Of a stretch of DNA of 64,000 bases, positions 47,634 through 58,120 are shown piece by piece. Every line of letters starts with the position of its first letter. Positions within the stretch are counted from its first letter, which is position 1. Origin of the DNA: Candidatus Marinacidobacterales bacterium. Lineage in GTDB: Bacteria > Acidobacteriota > Vicinamibacteria > Marinacidobacterales > DATDRI01. The stretch is from positions 5,216,001 to 5,280,000 of the forward strand of contig OZ245365.1 in assembly GCA_965226495.1 (NCBI GenBank), given 5' to 3'. The notes under the pieces are model-generated. The model worked only from the letters and a program-made list of their open reading frames with translations, was not told the origin of the DNA and did not search any database. The translations under genes and the position numbers were made by a program.

Positions 47634-48347
47634 ATGAGCGGAGCCCTCTCGTACTCGGGTGTCGGCTCGATTCTGCTAGATATAGAAGGCACGACGACAC
47701 CGGTCGACTTCGTCTACCAGGTACTCTTCCCCTACGCTCGGGCCCAGGTGAAGGACTTCCTCGAACATCACGCCGAAGCCGCTTCGCCGGACATCGAGCT
47801 GCTGCGCCTCGAGCACGAGCAGGACTTGAACCGTGGGGCTCGCCCTCCCGCCTCGTCCGACGCCGTGTCATACGTGCACTGGCTCATGGATCAGGATCGG
47901 AAATCGACCGGATTGAAATCGCTCCAAGGAAAAATTTGGGAGGAAGGTTATCGAAGCGGTGAGCTTCGCGGACAGGTCTATCCCGACGTCCGATCGGCGT
48001 TCGAGCGCTGGCGACGGCAGGAGAAAAAGATCTGCATCTACTCGTCGGGGAGTGTGCTCGCCCAGAAACTCCTCTTCTCTCATTCGACGGCAGGCGATCT
48101 AACACCCTTTGTCGATGCGTACTTCGACACCACGACCGGGCCTAAGAAAGAAGCCGAGAGCTATCGGAGGATCTCCGAAGCGCTATCGCTCGACCCGCTA
48201 GCTATCGTGTTTTTCTCTGACGTCGTCACCGAGCTCGATGCCTCGCGCGAGGCAGACATGCAAACCGGCCTCTGCGTCCGAGAAGGACAACCCGAATCTT
48301 CGAAGCACACCGTCTTCTCGACGTTCGACGAAATCTTCCTGGAGTAG
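47634..48347 (+). CDS. mtnC: Enolase-phosphatase E1 (acireductone synthase)
   Basis: LLDIEGTTTP..FV..VLFPYA, DRKSTGLKSLQGKIW, YSSGSV.AQKLLF, FSD...ELDA. Confidence 0.95.
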   Translation: MSGALSYSGVGSILLDIEGTTTPVDFVYQVLFPYARAQVKDFLEHHAEAASPDIELLRLEHEQDLNRGARPPASSDAVSYVHWLMDQDRKSTGLKSLQGKIWEEGYRSGELRGQVYPDVRSAFERWRRQEKKICIYSSGSVLAQKLLFSHSTAGDLTPFVDAYFDTTTGPKKEAESYRRISEALSLDPLAIVFFSDVVTELDASREADMQTGLCVREGQPESSKHTVFSTFDEIFLE

Positions 48348-48494
48348 TATCAAACAACTTTCCACTGCCGAGCTCCACTCGTGACCACGGCGCTGCTTCT
48401 GGCGCTCTGTCTGACGGGCGTCGCGGTGGCCTGCCGGACATGGGACTTCGTGCCACGGATGACGGTGCGGGAGGACCGCGATCCGGTGGCGCCG

Positions 48495-48524
48495 TTGACA
48501 TGAGCGAAGGCCGTTCGTTATCAT
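48495..48524 (+). promoter_or_regulatory. sigma70 promoter of the Tad locus
   Basis: TTGACA-18-TATCAT 27 nt upstream of the first pilin-like ORF. Confidence 0.65.
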
Positions 48525-48551
48525 GCGCTTACCCTCGAACCCCGACACAAG

Positions 48552-48785
48552 ATGAAGAATCTGATCTCGTGCAGCCGGCTGCGCTCTAGGCTTCCTCGCT
48601 CTTTGCCGAATGCAGCGTTCGGCCGAAAGGAATCTGACTCCGAAAAGGGTCAGGCCCTTCTCGAAACGGTCATGTCCGTTGGGTTCCTGGTCACGATTGC
48701 CATTGCGATGAACAAGATGCTCCGCCCGATCGTGGTGGAGGCGTTCGAGAAAATCGCGACCGCTCTGTCTTCGGTGGGGCCCTGA
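48552..48785 (+). CDS. Flp/TadE-like pilin
   Basis: EKG|QALLE cleavage motif followed by a hydrophobic helix. Confidence 0.7.
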   Translation: MKNLISCSRLRSRLPRSLPNAAFGRKESDSEKGQALLETVMSVGFLVTIAIAMNKMLRPIVVEAFEKIATALSSVGP

Positions 48786-48790
48786 CAGCA

Positions 48791-49018
48791 ATGTCTGCAA
48801 AGTCAACAAAGACGATCAAGATGACCGTAAACACCGAGCGCAACAGAACAGTCGACGACGAGCGCGGGGTCACCACCATCGAGTACACTATGGTCCTGGG
48901 GTTCATGTCCGTCATTTCTATCTACGTCACCATCTCGCTCGTCAACGTTCTCAAGAACACGGTCGCGGTGCTGACGATCAAGATGGCCATTTTTTTGACC
49001 GGGTTTCCCTCTTCCTAG
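48791..49018 (+). CDS. Flp family type IVc pilin
   Basis: DERG|VTTIEY motif. Confidence 0.85.
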   Translation: MSAKSTKTIKMTVNTERNRTVDDERGVTTIEYTMVLGFMSVISIYVTISLVNVLKNTVAVLTIKMAIFLTGFPSS

Positions 49019-49032
49019 CTTAGGAGGTCTTC

Positions 49033-49296
49033 GTGATGTGGAATCGAATGGGGTCGAGATTGAGCGATTGGGCTTCGCTAAGCGTCATCCGCGCGCAGTC
49101 GGGGTTGAAACGGCTCGCAGCCAAGGCTCGCGATCAGCGCGGCGCCATAACCATCGAGTACATCCTGATCATCGCTCTCATCGCCATCATCATTATTACG
49201 CTCTTCACGGTACTGCTGTGGCCGCTCCTGAAGCCGGCGCTCGAGGATCTGATCGCTCGCATCGTGGAAGCCATCAGCGGCGGCAATATCGAATAG
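49033..49296 (+). CDS. Flp family type IVc pilin (likely major pilin)
   Basis: DQRG|AITIEY motif; strong SD TAGGAGG. Confidence 0.88.
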   Translation: MMWNRMGSRLSDWASLSVIRAQSGLKRLAAKARDQRGAITIEYILIIALIAIIIITLFTVLLWPLLKPALEDLIARIVEAISGGNIE

Positions 49297-49311
49297 CGGA
49301 GCCGTAGCGAC

Positions 49312-49758
49312 GTGATACCCATACGACGGCTCCGGCGCGCCCGAGGCGAGAAGGGACAGAGCGCCCTCGAGCTCATGATGACGATGTCGCTCATTTTCTT
49401 CCTGATGTTCGCCATGGTGCACGTCTCGCTCATCTGCTGCACGAAACTTCTGACGAACTATTCGGCGTGGGCCGCGGCCCGGGTGTGGGCGGTGAACAAA
49501 GACAACGCGCGAGGCAAGGCCGAGCAGGCGGGCGTGGCGATCCTCGAAATCCTGCGCTTCGGGCCCATCGATACGAGCTTCGTCGACGTGCAGGAAGGGA
49601 ACGAAGGCGTCGAGGTAAACTACGAGACTACGCTCGGCGTGCCGTTTCTGCTGAAGAACAACGCTGCGGGTCACGTCACCACGAGAGGCTGGGGCGCCGT
49701 GCCTCGGGATCCGAACGGGTTCGAAGAAGAAGGCGACAACCGGGAGCGCTCTCAATGA
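49312..49758 (+). CDS. TadE-like minor pilin
   Basis: EKG|QSALE, TM, NYSAWAAAR. Confidence 0.85.
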   Translation: MIPIRRLRRARGEKGQSALELMMTMSLIFFLMFAMVHVSLICCTKLLTNYSAWAAARVWAVNKDNARGKAEQAGVAILEILRFGPIDTSFVDVQEGNEGVEVNYETTLGVPFLLKNNAAGHVTTRGWGAVPRDPNGFEEEGDNRERSQ

Positions 49759-50948
49759 GCCCGGAAGGGCAAATGCCCCAACGCGCGCGAGAGCGGCTAG
49801 GGGACGAGTCCGGCCAGACGATGTTCTTCGTTCTGTGCAGCTTCCTGACGTTTTTCATGTTCTTCGCGCTCGTGGCCAACGTCGGCCAGGCGGTCAACCG
49901 GCGCGTGCTGTTGCAGATGGTCGCCGACACCGGCGCGTTCTCGGGCGCGTCCGCTCAGGCGACCGGCTTGAACACCATCTCGACGTTCAACAAAGTCATC
50001 GACGACGCGTGGGACGTGACGACAATCCTCATGCTCGGATGGACAATCCAGTACTGCGGTCTTGCCATCTATCATCCCTCTCGACGCTAGGCACCCATCC
50101 AAATACAGATTGGACGAATGGTCCGGCGTTCGCTCTTCCATTCCAAGGCCAAGAAACTGGCGCAAAGACAGTGAGTCCGAACACCGCCAGCAGATCCCGC
50201 GCTCTGAATCGATGCGCTCAAAGTAGCCGATCAACAGCATTCGAAAATACACACCCGGCGGTATGCTCGGCCGACCTTGCTTCTTCGCGTAATACGGCGA
50301 GACGAAGTCATTACCCGCATATACCAGGTGATCGAAACGATCATGTCCACGTTGATCCGGGTCACAAATCACGGGGGGGCGGCGTGGGCGATCATGGAAG
50401 CCGAGATGGTGACGCGCGAAAACATTCGGCATTTGTTTCCCGACGGTACGGTCCACAGTCCGCTCGAGTCGTTCCCGAGCCTTCTCGACAGCCCCGGCTC
50501 CGCGGGGATGGGAGCCTCTCACATCTATAACGTCAAACAGGCGTGGCCGTCGCTGTTTTCCGGCGTCCAGCTGGTGCGGCTGAAACAAAAAAGCGCGACC
50601 AAGGGATGGACGTGCTATTCGTATCCGGTAACGTTCATCGGGAAGTCCCGTAATTTCAAGCTCTCGTGGGAGAAGCAGGACGAGGACGAAGTCACGCGGT
50701 TTTATTGGTGGGTCACGGCCGATCCGGTGGACGCGCTGGTGCTGCCGAAGCGCGATGCGTTTCCGTTCGGCTTCCCTCAACTGCCGGAAATGACGGCGGT
50801 CGCGCTCGCGAAACCCGTGGGCGGCGATATCGAACCGGGGGGCGAAGGCGCCAAATATGTCGCTCGGATGATTCCACTTTCGATCATTGACGCCAAGTTC
50901 CTGAACCTCGGAGGTAACTTGCCGAGTCTCACCGAGGTGCTTCATTAA
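49755..50948 (+). pseudogene. TadG-like pilin interrupted by an IS fragment
   Basis: ESG|QTMFF..TM..NVGQ....LQ.VAD.GA.SGA N-terminus. Stops within 50060-50300. C-terminal part continues in the same frame (TAVALAKP.GG...YVARMIP). Confidence 0.78.
50110..50298 (-). mobile_element. Internal fragment of an IS1182/IS5-group transposase
   Basis: PYYAKKQGRPSIPPGVYFRMLLIGYFERIDSERGICWRCSDSLSLRQFLGLGMEERTPDHSS (DUF772-type N-terminal region). No IS ends seen. Confidence 0.88.
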
Positions 50949-50952
50949 GAAA

Positions 50953-51714
50953 ATGACAAGAGGCGGCGAGACGGGACAGGCCTTCGTCGAGACCCTGCTC
51001 ATGATCTGGCTGTTGACGCTCTTGCTGTCGGCGATCTTTCAGGTTTTCCTCGTGCACAACTACACGTTCCAGATGGCGAACAACGCTTATTACAGCCTGT
51101 TCAAGGACAAAGCGTATGGGAAACACAACGATCCCGACATGGAGTTCGTCGGATTTCCGAACTGGAACAAGAAACCTCTACGCACGGTCGTTCCTCTACA
51201 ACAGGCGGGTGGCCGCGTGCACGATCTTTCCGGGGGGCCCGGTGTCAGTTGGTCCGAAGACGATCGCGCCGCGGTGCCGATGATGCCGTACTTCGAGGAA
51301 TCCATCATCGAGCAACTTCAAAACAACGGGATTACCCGCGCGCCGGTTCGACTGAAAATCGGCTCTCCGGTGTCCGGCCACAACTACCTCGATCTGAAGT
51401 TTCTCAACATGGCCATGGGGACCGAGGGCGGGTTCGGAGCGTTCGCGAACATGATCGCTTCTATCGTTGGTATCTCGACGGAACTCGGGCGCAGCTACAC
51501 GGACTACACCGACGGCTACACGGACGGCGACCTCGACGGCCTGCTCGATGACTACGACGATGAGAACGACGATCTGAATAGTCAGGATCCCGAGACGGCC
51601 CGCCGGGCGTGGGACGAGGCCCATGGCGATTTCAATCACGACGGCTACAACGACGCGTGCGAAGCGATTCGCGGGAACAACGATGCATCCTGCAGAAATA
51701 ATCGACCCTGGTAG
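50953..51714 (+). CDS. TadE-like minor pilin with acidic, Cys-containing C-terminus
   Basis: ETG|QAFVE motif, TM; Asp-rich tail with DGDLDG and DFNHDG. Confidence 0.8.
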   Translation: MTRGGETGQAFVETLLMIWLLTLLLSAIFQVFLVHNYTFQMANNAYYSLFKDKAYGKHNDPDMEFVGFPNWNKKPLRTVVPLQQAGGRVHDLSGGPGVSWSEDDRAAVPMMPYFEESIIEQLQNNGITRAPVRLKIGSPVSGHNYLDLKFLNMAMGTEGGFGAFANMIASIVGISTELGRSYTDYTDGYTDGDLDGLLDDYDDENDDLNSQDPETARRAWDEAHGDFNHDGYNDACEAIRGNNDASCRNNRPW

Positions 51715-51741
51715 GGACGCCAAGGAAGTTAAGGAGAGCCC

Positions 51742-52561
51742 ATGAAAGGCAAGCCCGCCATCATCATTTCGCTCTTGTTCGGACTCCTGGCCTGGGTATT
51801 CGTTTGGCTGTATCTCACCACTCGAGAGCGCGAGCTCCTGGAAATCGCGGATCAGAGGCCGGTGGTGGTGGCGGCCACCGACATCCTCCCGGGAACGGCT
51901 ATCGAAGAAAATATGATCGCCGAGACCCAGGTGCCGCTGAAGTTCCTCCAGCCCGGTGCGTTCTCCTCGATCCGCGACGCCGTCGGCCAGGTGCCCGCGG
52001 TGCCCATTCAGGAAGGCGGCCAGATTACCGGAACGTCGATGACGGGCGTGGGCCGCTCACTCTCCACGAAGATCCCGCGCGGGCGGCGCGCGGTGTCCCT
52101 TGCGGTGACCGAACGTCACCGGCGTATCGAGCCTCGTCCGGCCGAGCAACTATGTCGACGTGCTCGCCACGTTGAAGCTAGGTACCGCACCCGGCTCGAC
52201 CGATCAGCGCACGTTCGTAATGACCGTGTTCCAAAACGTTCTGGTGCTCGCGGTCGGGCAGGACATGGGCACGGTGACCGAGCGCTCGGCCGACGACGAC
52301 GGACTGTCAGCGCTGTCCGGGAGCCAGAGTCAAGCGTTCAATACGGTCACGCTCGCGCTTTCCCCCAGCCAGGTTCAGGATTTGGTCCTGGCTCAAGACA
52401 TCGGTGACGTGTCGCTCTCCCTGCGCTCGTTTCGCGAAGGAGAGCAGCCCGTCGACCTCGAACGCTCGGTGCCAAGTAGTGTATTCGGTGTAGACGACAG
52501 CGCGATCATGCCGCGGCGCGTGCCGTCGTGGCAAGAAATTCGCGGCAGCTCGAGCAGATAA
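51742..52561 (+). CDS. cpaB: Flp pilus assembly protein CpaB/RcpC; frameshift near 52113
   Basis: VVVAA.DI.PGT.I (SAF), IP.G.RAVSL; removing one A restores D.TGVS.LVRP.NYVDVL...QNV.VLAVG...TVTL...LSLR. Confidence 0.85.
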
Positions 52562-52630
52562 GCGGGCTCGCGCCTTGAAGTTTGCCTGTGCACGGCGGCA
52601 TATCTGACGGGCTTGGAAGGAGAACTGACG

Positions 52631-53929
52631 ATGAGGGCAAAAACGCTTCGAGGCGGTCCTCTAGCACTGGTCGCCCTGGGACTCGCGTACACTCTCGCGA
52701 CGGCCTCCTGGGCTAGCCAGCAAGCGGAAGAAACGGTCATGGTCGGAGGGCAGAAGCTCCTGCGGCTCAATGCTCCCGTCGGCCGGGTCGCGATTGGCGA
52801 CGACGAAGTGGCGGATTTTCGCGTGCTCGAAAATCGTCGCGAAGTACTGATCCTCGGGCGCCGTCCGGGGCAAACGTCGCTCACCATCTGGGATCAACAG
52901 GGGAGCATACAGCGTGAGGTCAGCGTGCGCGTGCGCCCCTCCTCGGGAAGCGCCCGGCAGATCATCGACGAGCTCGAACAGCTCATCGGCGGTATCGAGG
53001 GCCTCGAGTATCGCGAAGTCGGCGGCATCGTGTGGCTCGAAGGCGAGGTCCTGACCGAGCGCGACCTCGAGCGCATCGGCAGGGTGCTCGAGGGTTATCC
53101 CGAGGTGCGGACCCTCGTCGAGCTCTCCCCCATCACCGCGGAGATGATGGACCGCGCCGCGGCCGATGCAGTCAAGACGGTTCAGTTGGACGTCACCATC
53201 ATGGAGGTCGATAAGAGCCTCATGCGTAATCTCGGCGTGCGCTGGTCGTCGTCGATCTCCCCGCAGTCGGCGCTCCCGTTCGAGGGCGGCAGCATCGGCC
53301 CCATCACCGGCGTGATCAAAAATCTCCTGCCGAGCCTCGACATGATCACGAGCTCTGGCAGAGGACGGGTGCTGTCGCGGGCCACGCTCATCACCAGGAG
53401 CGGTCAGCCGGCCGAGCTCTTCGTCGGCGGTGAGATCCCGATCCCGGTTGCACAGGGGGGCGGCGCCATCAGCATCGAGTACAAGGAGTACGGCGTGAAG
53501 CTCGAGTTCGAGCCCTTCGTGGACACGCAGGACAACATCGACACCAGGATTTTCGTCGAGACCAGCAACCTCGGCGGGGCGGCGCCCGGCGGAGGCGCCC
53601 CGGGCCTCATCACCAGTCGGGTGAGCACTAACGTGTTCGTGGAACCGGGCGATAGCATCACCCTCGGCGGGCTCGTCAAATCGGAAGATGCGCAGCGCAT
53701 CGACAAAGTACCTGGCCTCGGGAACATCCCGGTGCTCGGGAACTTGTTCAAGTCGAAGAGCTACGTGCGCAACGAGACCGAGCTCGTCATCTTCGCGACG
53801 CCGCGCGTCGTCTCCGCCTCCGAGGCGGGTGGTGAGCTGCGCGACAAAGTGACGGCCGACTTCGAGGAGTTCGACGAGATCGAGTCGTTCGACCGGAACA
53901 AAGACAAGAAGAAGAAAAAGGATCCCTAA
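52631..53929 (+). CDS. cpaC: Tad secretin CpaC/RcpA with BON domain
   Basis: RVAIGD.EVAD...G.T.L..W N-domain; GGEIPIP, YKEYGVKL, KVPGLGNIP.LG.LF, ETELVIF.TP. Confidence 0.92.
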   Translation: MRAKTLRGGPLALVALGLAYTLATASWASQQAEETVMVGGQKLLRLNAPVGRVAIGDDEVADFRVLENRREVLILGRRPGQTSLTIWDQQGSIQREVSVRVRPSSGSARQIIDELEQLIGGIEGLEYREVGGIVWLEGEVLTERDLERIGRVLEGYPEVRTLVELSPITAEMMDRAAADAVKTVQLDVTIMEVDKSLMRNLGVRWSSSISPQSALPFEGGSIGPITGVIKNLLPSLDMITSSGRGRVLSRATLITRSGQPAELFVGGEIPIPVAQGGGAISIEYKEYGVKLEFEPFVDTQDNIDTRIFVETSNLGGAAPGGGAPGLITSRVSTNVFVEPGDSITLGGLVKSEDAQRIDKVPGLGNIPVLGNLFKSKSYVRNETELVIFATPRVVSASEAGGELRDKVTADFEEFDEIESFDRNKDKKKKKDP

Positions 53930-53960
53930 CGCCTGAAGGCAGAAGGCAGCTGCAACGTCA

Positions 53961-56108
53961 ATGGCAGGTACTGCGATAAGCGTTCTCTCTGTCAAAGGGG
54001 GCGGAGGTGCGACCTTGGTCGCGAGCAACCTCGCCGTTTCGCTCAAGCGCGAGACGCGCGGGAACGTCGCGCTGGTGGACCTCGGCCATCCACTTCCCGG
54101 CACGGTGTCGCTCTATCTCGGTCTCCAGGAAACCAAAGCCATCGCCGACATCGTCCCGCTTCTCGACCGGCTTCAGCCCGCACTCCTCAAGGGCTATCTG
54201 ACCACGCACTCCTCGGGGGTCGCGGTCGTGCCGGCGGCGAACGACTCGCTCCAGGAAAAAATTCTGTCGCCGGAGAAGCTAGAGCGTTTCGTCGAGCTCC
54301 TACTACGTGCGTACGACTACGTCGTCATCGATCTCGCCTCGACCCTCTCCGAGGACGTCATACAGATTCTGGACGCGAGCGCCCTGGTGTGCCTCGTGGT
54401 CACCCCCGACGTCGGTTCGGTGACGCAGGGCTACCGCGCCGTCGAGTACCTGCAGTCGTATCACTTCTCGCGAGACATGATGCGGCTGGTGCTCAACCGC
54501 TACGGGACTCAGATGCGCTTTCCGCCCGAGACCATCGAGGAGAGCGTGGGCCTTCCCATCGCGCTCTACCTGCCGCAGGATGCGGACCTGGTCGAACAAT
54601 CGATCTCGGATGCGGAGCCGTTCGTCACCGGCTCGCCCCGCCACCCGGTGAGCAAAGCTCTCGACGGTTTCACCCAGCAGATCGTCGCCGACCTCGGCGA
54701 CGGCTCAGTTGTCGCCCAACTGGGTGAGCCCCGCCGCGCCCGCGGGGACGCTCCCCGCCGTGCCGCCGAGGCGAACGACGCGACCGACGCCGATGCTCCG
54801 GTGGAGTCGACGAAGGAGCAGGAAGAGACTCGCGACATCAAGATCCGGATCCACCGCCGTCTAATCGACGAAATCGACTTCAAGAAGGCGGACCTCGAGG
54901 CCGCCAAGGATCCGAAGAAAAAATCGAAGCTGCGGGGGAAGACCGAGGTCAAGATCGTGAGCCTTCTCGACGAAGAGGCGAAGGGGCTCACCGACCGGGA
55001 ACAGCGCAAACGCCTGGTGGAGGAGATCCTCGACGAGGCCCTCGGACTCGGGCCTCTCGAAGCGCTGCTGCGAGATCCCGACGTCACAGAGATCATGGTG
55101 AACGGCATCGATCACGTGTATGCCGAGCGCAAGGGCAAGATCGTTCTGACCGGCAGCAGCTTTCTGACGGAAGACCAGCTGCGCGCGATCATCGAGCGTA
55201 TCGTGACCCCCCTCGGCCGCCGCATCGACGAGAAGTCACCGATGGTGGATGCGCGCCTCGAGGACGGCTCGCGGGTGAACGCCATCATACGGCCGCTCGC
55301 CATCGACGGCCCGAGCCTCACCATCCGCAAGTTCTCGAAGACGCCGTTCGGCGTGCCCGATCTGATTCGCTTCGGCTCGTTCACACCCCAGATGGCTCAG
55401 TTTTTCGAGGCGGCGGTGCTCGCGCGGCAGAACATCTTGATCTCGGGCGGCACCGGCTCGGGCAAAACGACTTTTTTGAACGTGCTGTCGAGCTACATCC
55501 CCCATGACGACCGCATCGTGACCATCGAAGACTCGGCCGAGCTGCAGCTCCCGCAAGAACACGTCGTGCGGCTCGAGTCGCGTCCGCCGAACATCGAAGG
55601 CGAGGGTGCGGTGACCATCCGCGATCTCGTCCGCAACGCACTGCGCATGCGCCCCGATCGTATCGTTGTCGGCGAGTGCCGCGCGGGCGAAGCGCTCGAC
55701 ATGCTGCAGGCTATGAACACCGGCCATGACGGGTCTCTCACCACGGTGCATGCCAACACGCCGAGAGATGCGCTCTCCCGTCTCGAGACGATGAGCCTGA
55801 TGGCGGGGCTCGATCTGCCGTCGCGCGCCATCCGCGAGCAAATCGGCTCGGCGGTGGATCTCGTGTTCCAGCAGTCACGGTTATCGGACGGAAGTCGGCG
55901 GGTGACGCACGTCGCGGAGGTCACCGGGCGCGAAGGCGACGTCTTCACCATGGGGGATATTTTCTTGTTCAAGCAGACGGGGATCGCGCCCGACGGCAAA
56001 GTCCAAGGCCAGTTCGTGCCCACGGGAGTCATCCCGAAGTTCATCGACAGCTTACAGCGTCGCGGTATCAAAGTGCCGCGAGAGATCTTCCTGCATCAAA
56101 CGGCGTGA
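53961..56108 (+). CDS. cpaF: Fused CpaE/TadZ (MinD-like) - CpaF/TadA ATPase
   Basis: N-terminal [14 protein letters not shown]...[18 protein letters not shown]-terminal [33 protein letters not shown]. Confidence 0.93.
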   Translation: MAGTAISVLSVKGGGGATLVASNLAVSLKRETRGNVALVDLGHPLPGTVSLYLGLQETKAIADIVPLLDRLQPALLKGYLTTHSSGVAVVPAANDSLQEKILSPEKLERFVELLLRAYDYVVIDLASTLSEDVIQILDASALVCLVVTPDVGSVTQGYRAVEYLQSYHFSRDMMRLVLNRYGTQMRFPPETIEESVGLPIALYLPQDADLVEQSISDAEPFVTGSPRHPVSKALDGFTQQIVADLGDGSVVAQLGEPRRARGDAPRRAAEANDATDADAPVESTKEQEETRDIKIRIHRRLIDEIDFKKADLEAAKDPKKKSKLRGKTEVKIVSLLDEEAKGLTDREQRKRLVEEILDEALGLGPLEALLRDPDVTEIMVNGIDHVYAERKGKIVLTGSSFLTEDQLRAIIERIVTPLGRRIDEKSPMVDARLEDGSRVNAIIRPLAIDGPSLTIRKFSKTPFGVPDLIRFGSFTPQMAQFFEAAVLARQNILISGGTGSGKTTFLNVLSSYIPHDDRIVTIEDSAELQLPQEHVVRLESRPPNIEGEGAVTIRDLVRNALRMRPDRIVVGECRAGEALDMLQAMNTGHDGSLTTVHANTPRDALSRLETMSLMAGLDLPSRAIREQIGSAVDLVFQQSRLSDGSRRVTHVAEVTGREGDVFTMGDIFLFKQTGIAPDGKVQGQFVPTGVIPKFIDSLQRRGIKVPREIFLHQTA

Positions 56109-56115
56109 GGTAGCC

Positions 56116-56975
56116 ATGTCGGTCCTGTTGAAATTCATCGCCACGATCATGGTCGCGAGCGCGGTGAGCTTCACCGCGTGGGCGATCCTGCGGCCCGTCT
56201 CCGAGTGGTGGGACCGGTATTTGATCAAGTGGAGCCGGTGGATGCAGCTCGAGCTCGAGGCGATGCACTACGGCGTGCCTCGACACCGATGCCGCCAAAT
56301 CCTCGCCTACACGCGTACTGTTCCTGTCGGTTCTCGGGTTTCTCGTGAACTACAGCGTGTTTTTCGCGCTCGTCTTCGGCGGACTCGGTCTCCTGGTGCC
56401 GCGCTGGGGCATCGGCTTTCTGCGCACGCGGAGGCTCAACCGCATCAACGAGCAGCTGGGTGAAGCGCTGACGCTGGTGTCGAACTCGCTACGTTCAGGC
56501 CTCAGTCTGCAGCAGGGCATCGAGCTCGTCGTCGGAGGAGATGGACGCGCCCATCTCCGAGGAGTTCGCGACCGTGGTGAAGGAGACGAAGCTCGGTCTT
56601 CCTTTCGACGAGGCGCTCCAGAATCTCGCCGAGCGGGTGCCGACGCCGGATCTCGACATGGTGGTCACGTCCATCGTCACCATCCGCGAGACCGGCGCCA
56701 ATCTGGCCGAGGTCTTCGACGTCATCGCCCACACGGTGCGCGAGCGGAAAAAAGTGGAGGGGAAGATCAAGGCGATGACGGCCGAGGGCATGACCCAGGG
56801 GGTGATGATGTGCGGCGTTCCGCCGGTCCTGATCATCACGTTCTACTTTCTCGATCCCGCGCTCGTCGAGCCTTTGTTCAATACGGTCCTCGGCATCTTG
56901 ATGCTCGTCATCATCGCCTCGCTCGATGCGATGGGGATGTGGATGATCCTGAACACGGTGAAGATCGATGTGTGA
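56116..56975 (+). CDS. tadB: TadB platform protein; frameshifts near 56313 and 56534
   Basis: QL.EAL....SLRSGLSL, PISEEF, ETGANLAEV..T.RER, TAEG spread over three frames. Confidence 0.82.
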
Positions 56976-56985
56976 CGACGGCACG

Positions 56986-57210
56986 ATGAGATCGAGAGCG
57001 GGCTCGGGCGAAGCGGGTGCTGCCATGATCGAATATGTCTTGCTCCTCGGCTTCGTCACCGCGCTCATCGTGTTTCTGTTCGCGCTTCTCTATCCGAGCG
57101 CCGGCGACGACATCGAGACGCTCGTGAACCAGTGGGGCGACAAGATCGCAACCGAGATTGCAGGGGACAAGATCTCGAAAGGCAATGCCGACGCGTGGGG
57201 GCAAAACTGA
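56986..57210 (+). CDS. Flp-like pilin between tadB and tadC
   Basis: EAG|AAMIEY motif followed by a TM helix. Confidence 0.78.
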   Translation: MRSRAGSGEAGAAMIEYVLLLGFVTALIVFLFALLYPSAGDDIETLVNQWGDKIATEIAGDKISKGNADAWGQN

Positions 57211-57211
57211 C

Positions 57212-58105
57212 GTGCAGCTTTCATCCTTACTACTGTTGCTCGCGTACGTAACGACGTTCCTGTCGGTCTCGCTCGTTATCTACCTGCTACTCCCGGACTT
57301 TCGGCGCCGCGCGGCTCTCGCCCGGCTCGGGGCGGCCGAGGGCAAGGAGCCCATCGACTCACCGCTACTTTCGCTGATGCACCCGATGCTCCGTGCCATC
57401 GCCCCCTGGGTAGCGCACTACAAGCTGGTCTCGTATCGCGCGTCGAAGGAAAAACAAATTGCGGGCGCCGGACTCAAGGACGCGTTGACCGTCGACGAAT
57501 TCCTCGCGTGGAAGGTCGTGTTCGCGATCAGCGGCCCGCTCTTGACGGCGTTCCTGTTCCAGTTCGCGCGCCACCCCCTGATGATCGTCATCCTCGCCAT
57601 TTTGTTCTCGTTCCTTCCCGATTTCCTCTTGAAGGACATGGTGACGAAGCGCCAGCGCGCGATCGTAAGGGCGCTCCCATTCTCCGTGGATTTGTTGACG
57701 CTGGTGGTCGAAGCGGGACTCGACTTTTCGCAAGGCATCCAGCGGGTCGTTGAGCGCGGGCCTGAGGGGCCGCTCAGGGACGAGCTGTCGCTGATGATGC
57801 GCGAGATCCGTCTCGGGACCACACGCTCCGAAGCGCTGCGCTCGCTCGGCAAACGTTGCGGTGTTACCGAAGTCTCAGCGTTCACATCGGTGTTGGTCCA
57901 GGCGGATCGTCTGGGTGCCTCCATCGGCGCCGTCCTGAGAGCGCAGGCGGACGTCATGCGCTCGGAGCGTTTCGTGCGCGCGGAGAAAGCGGGCGCCCGC
58001 GCATCGAGCCTCATTCTCATGCCTCTGGTAATCTTCATCCTCCCGGCGGCCCTTCTGGTCATCGTGGGTCCGGTGCTTCTCCGTTTCGTCTACGGCATCG
58101 GATAG
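57212..58105 (+). CDS. tadC: TadC platform protein
   Basis: LP..VDLL...VEAGL.F, E.RLG..R.EAL, QADRLG.SI..VLR.QA, AEKAG. Confidence 0.92.
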   Translation: MQLSSLLLLLAYVTTFLSVSLVIYLLLPDFRRRAALARLGAAEGKEPIDSPLLSLMHPMLRAIAPWVAHYKLVSYRASKEKQIAGAGLKDALTVDEFLAWKVVFAISGPLLTAFLFQFARHPLMIVILAILFSFLPDFLLKDMVTKRQRAIVRALPFSVDLLTLVVEAGLDFSQGIQRVVERGPEGPLRDELSLMMREIRLGTTRSEALRSLGKRCGVTEVSAFTSVLVQADRLGASIGAVLRAQADVMRSERFVRAEKAGARASSLILMPLVIFILPAALLVIVGPVLLRFVYGIG

Positions 58106-58120
58106 CGGGGCTCGGATCTT

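Noticed and set aside
46432-48347. mtnB-mtnD-mtnC as novel
   Set aside because: Standard methionine salvage genes.
49797-51002. 401-aa minus-strand ORF as an intact transposase
   Set aside because: Only about 62 aa are transposase-like; the rest is antisense to tadG.
52661-54103. 480-aa minus-strand ORF
   Set aside because: Antisense shadow of the secretin gene in high-GC DNA.
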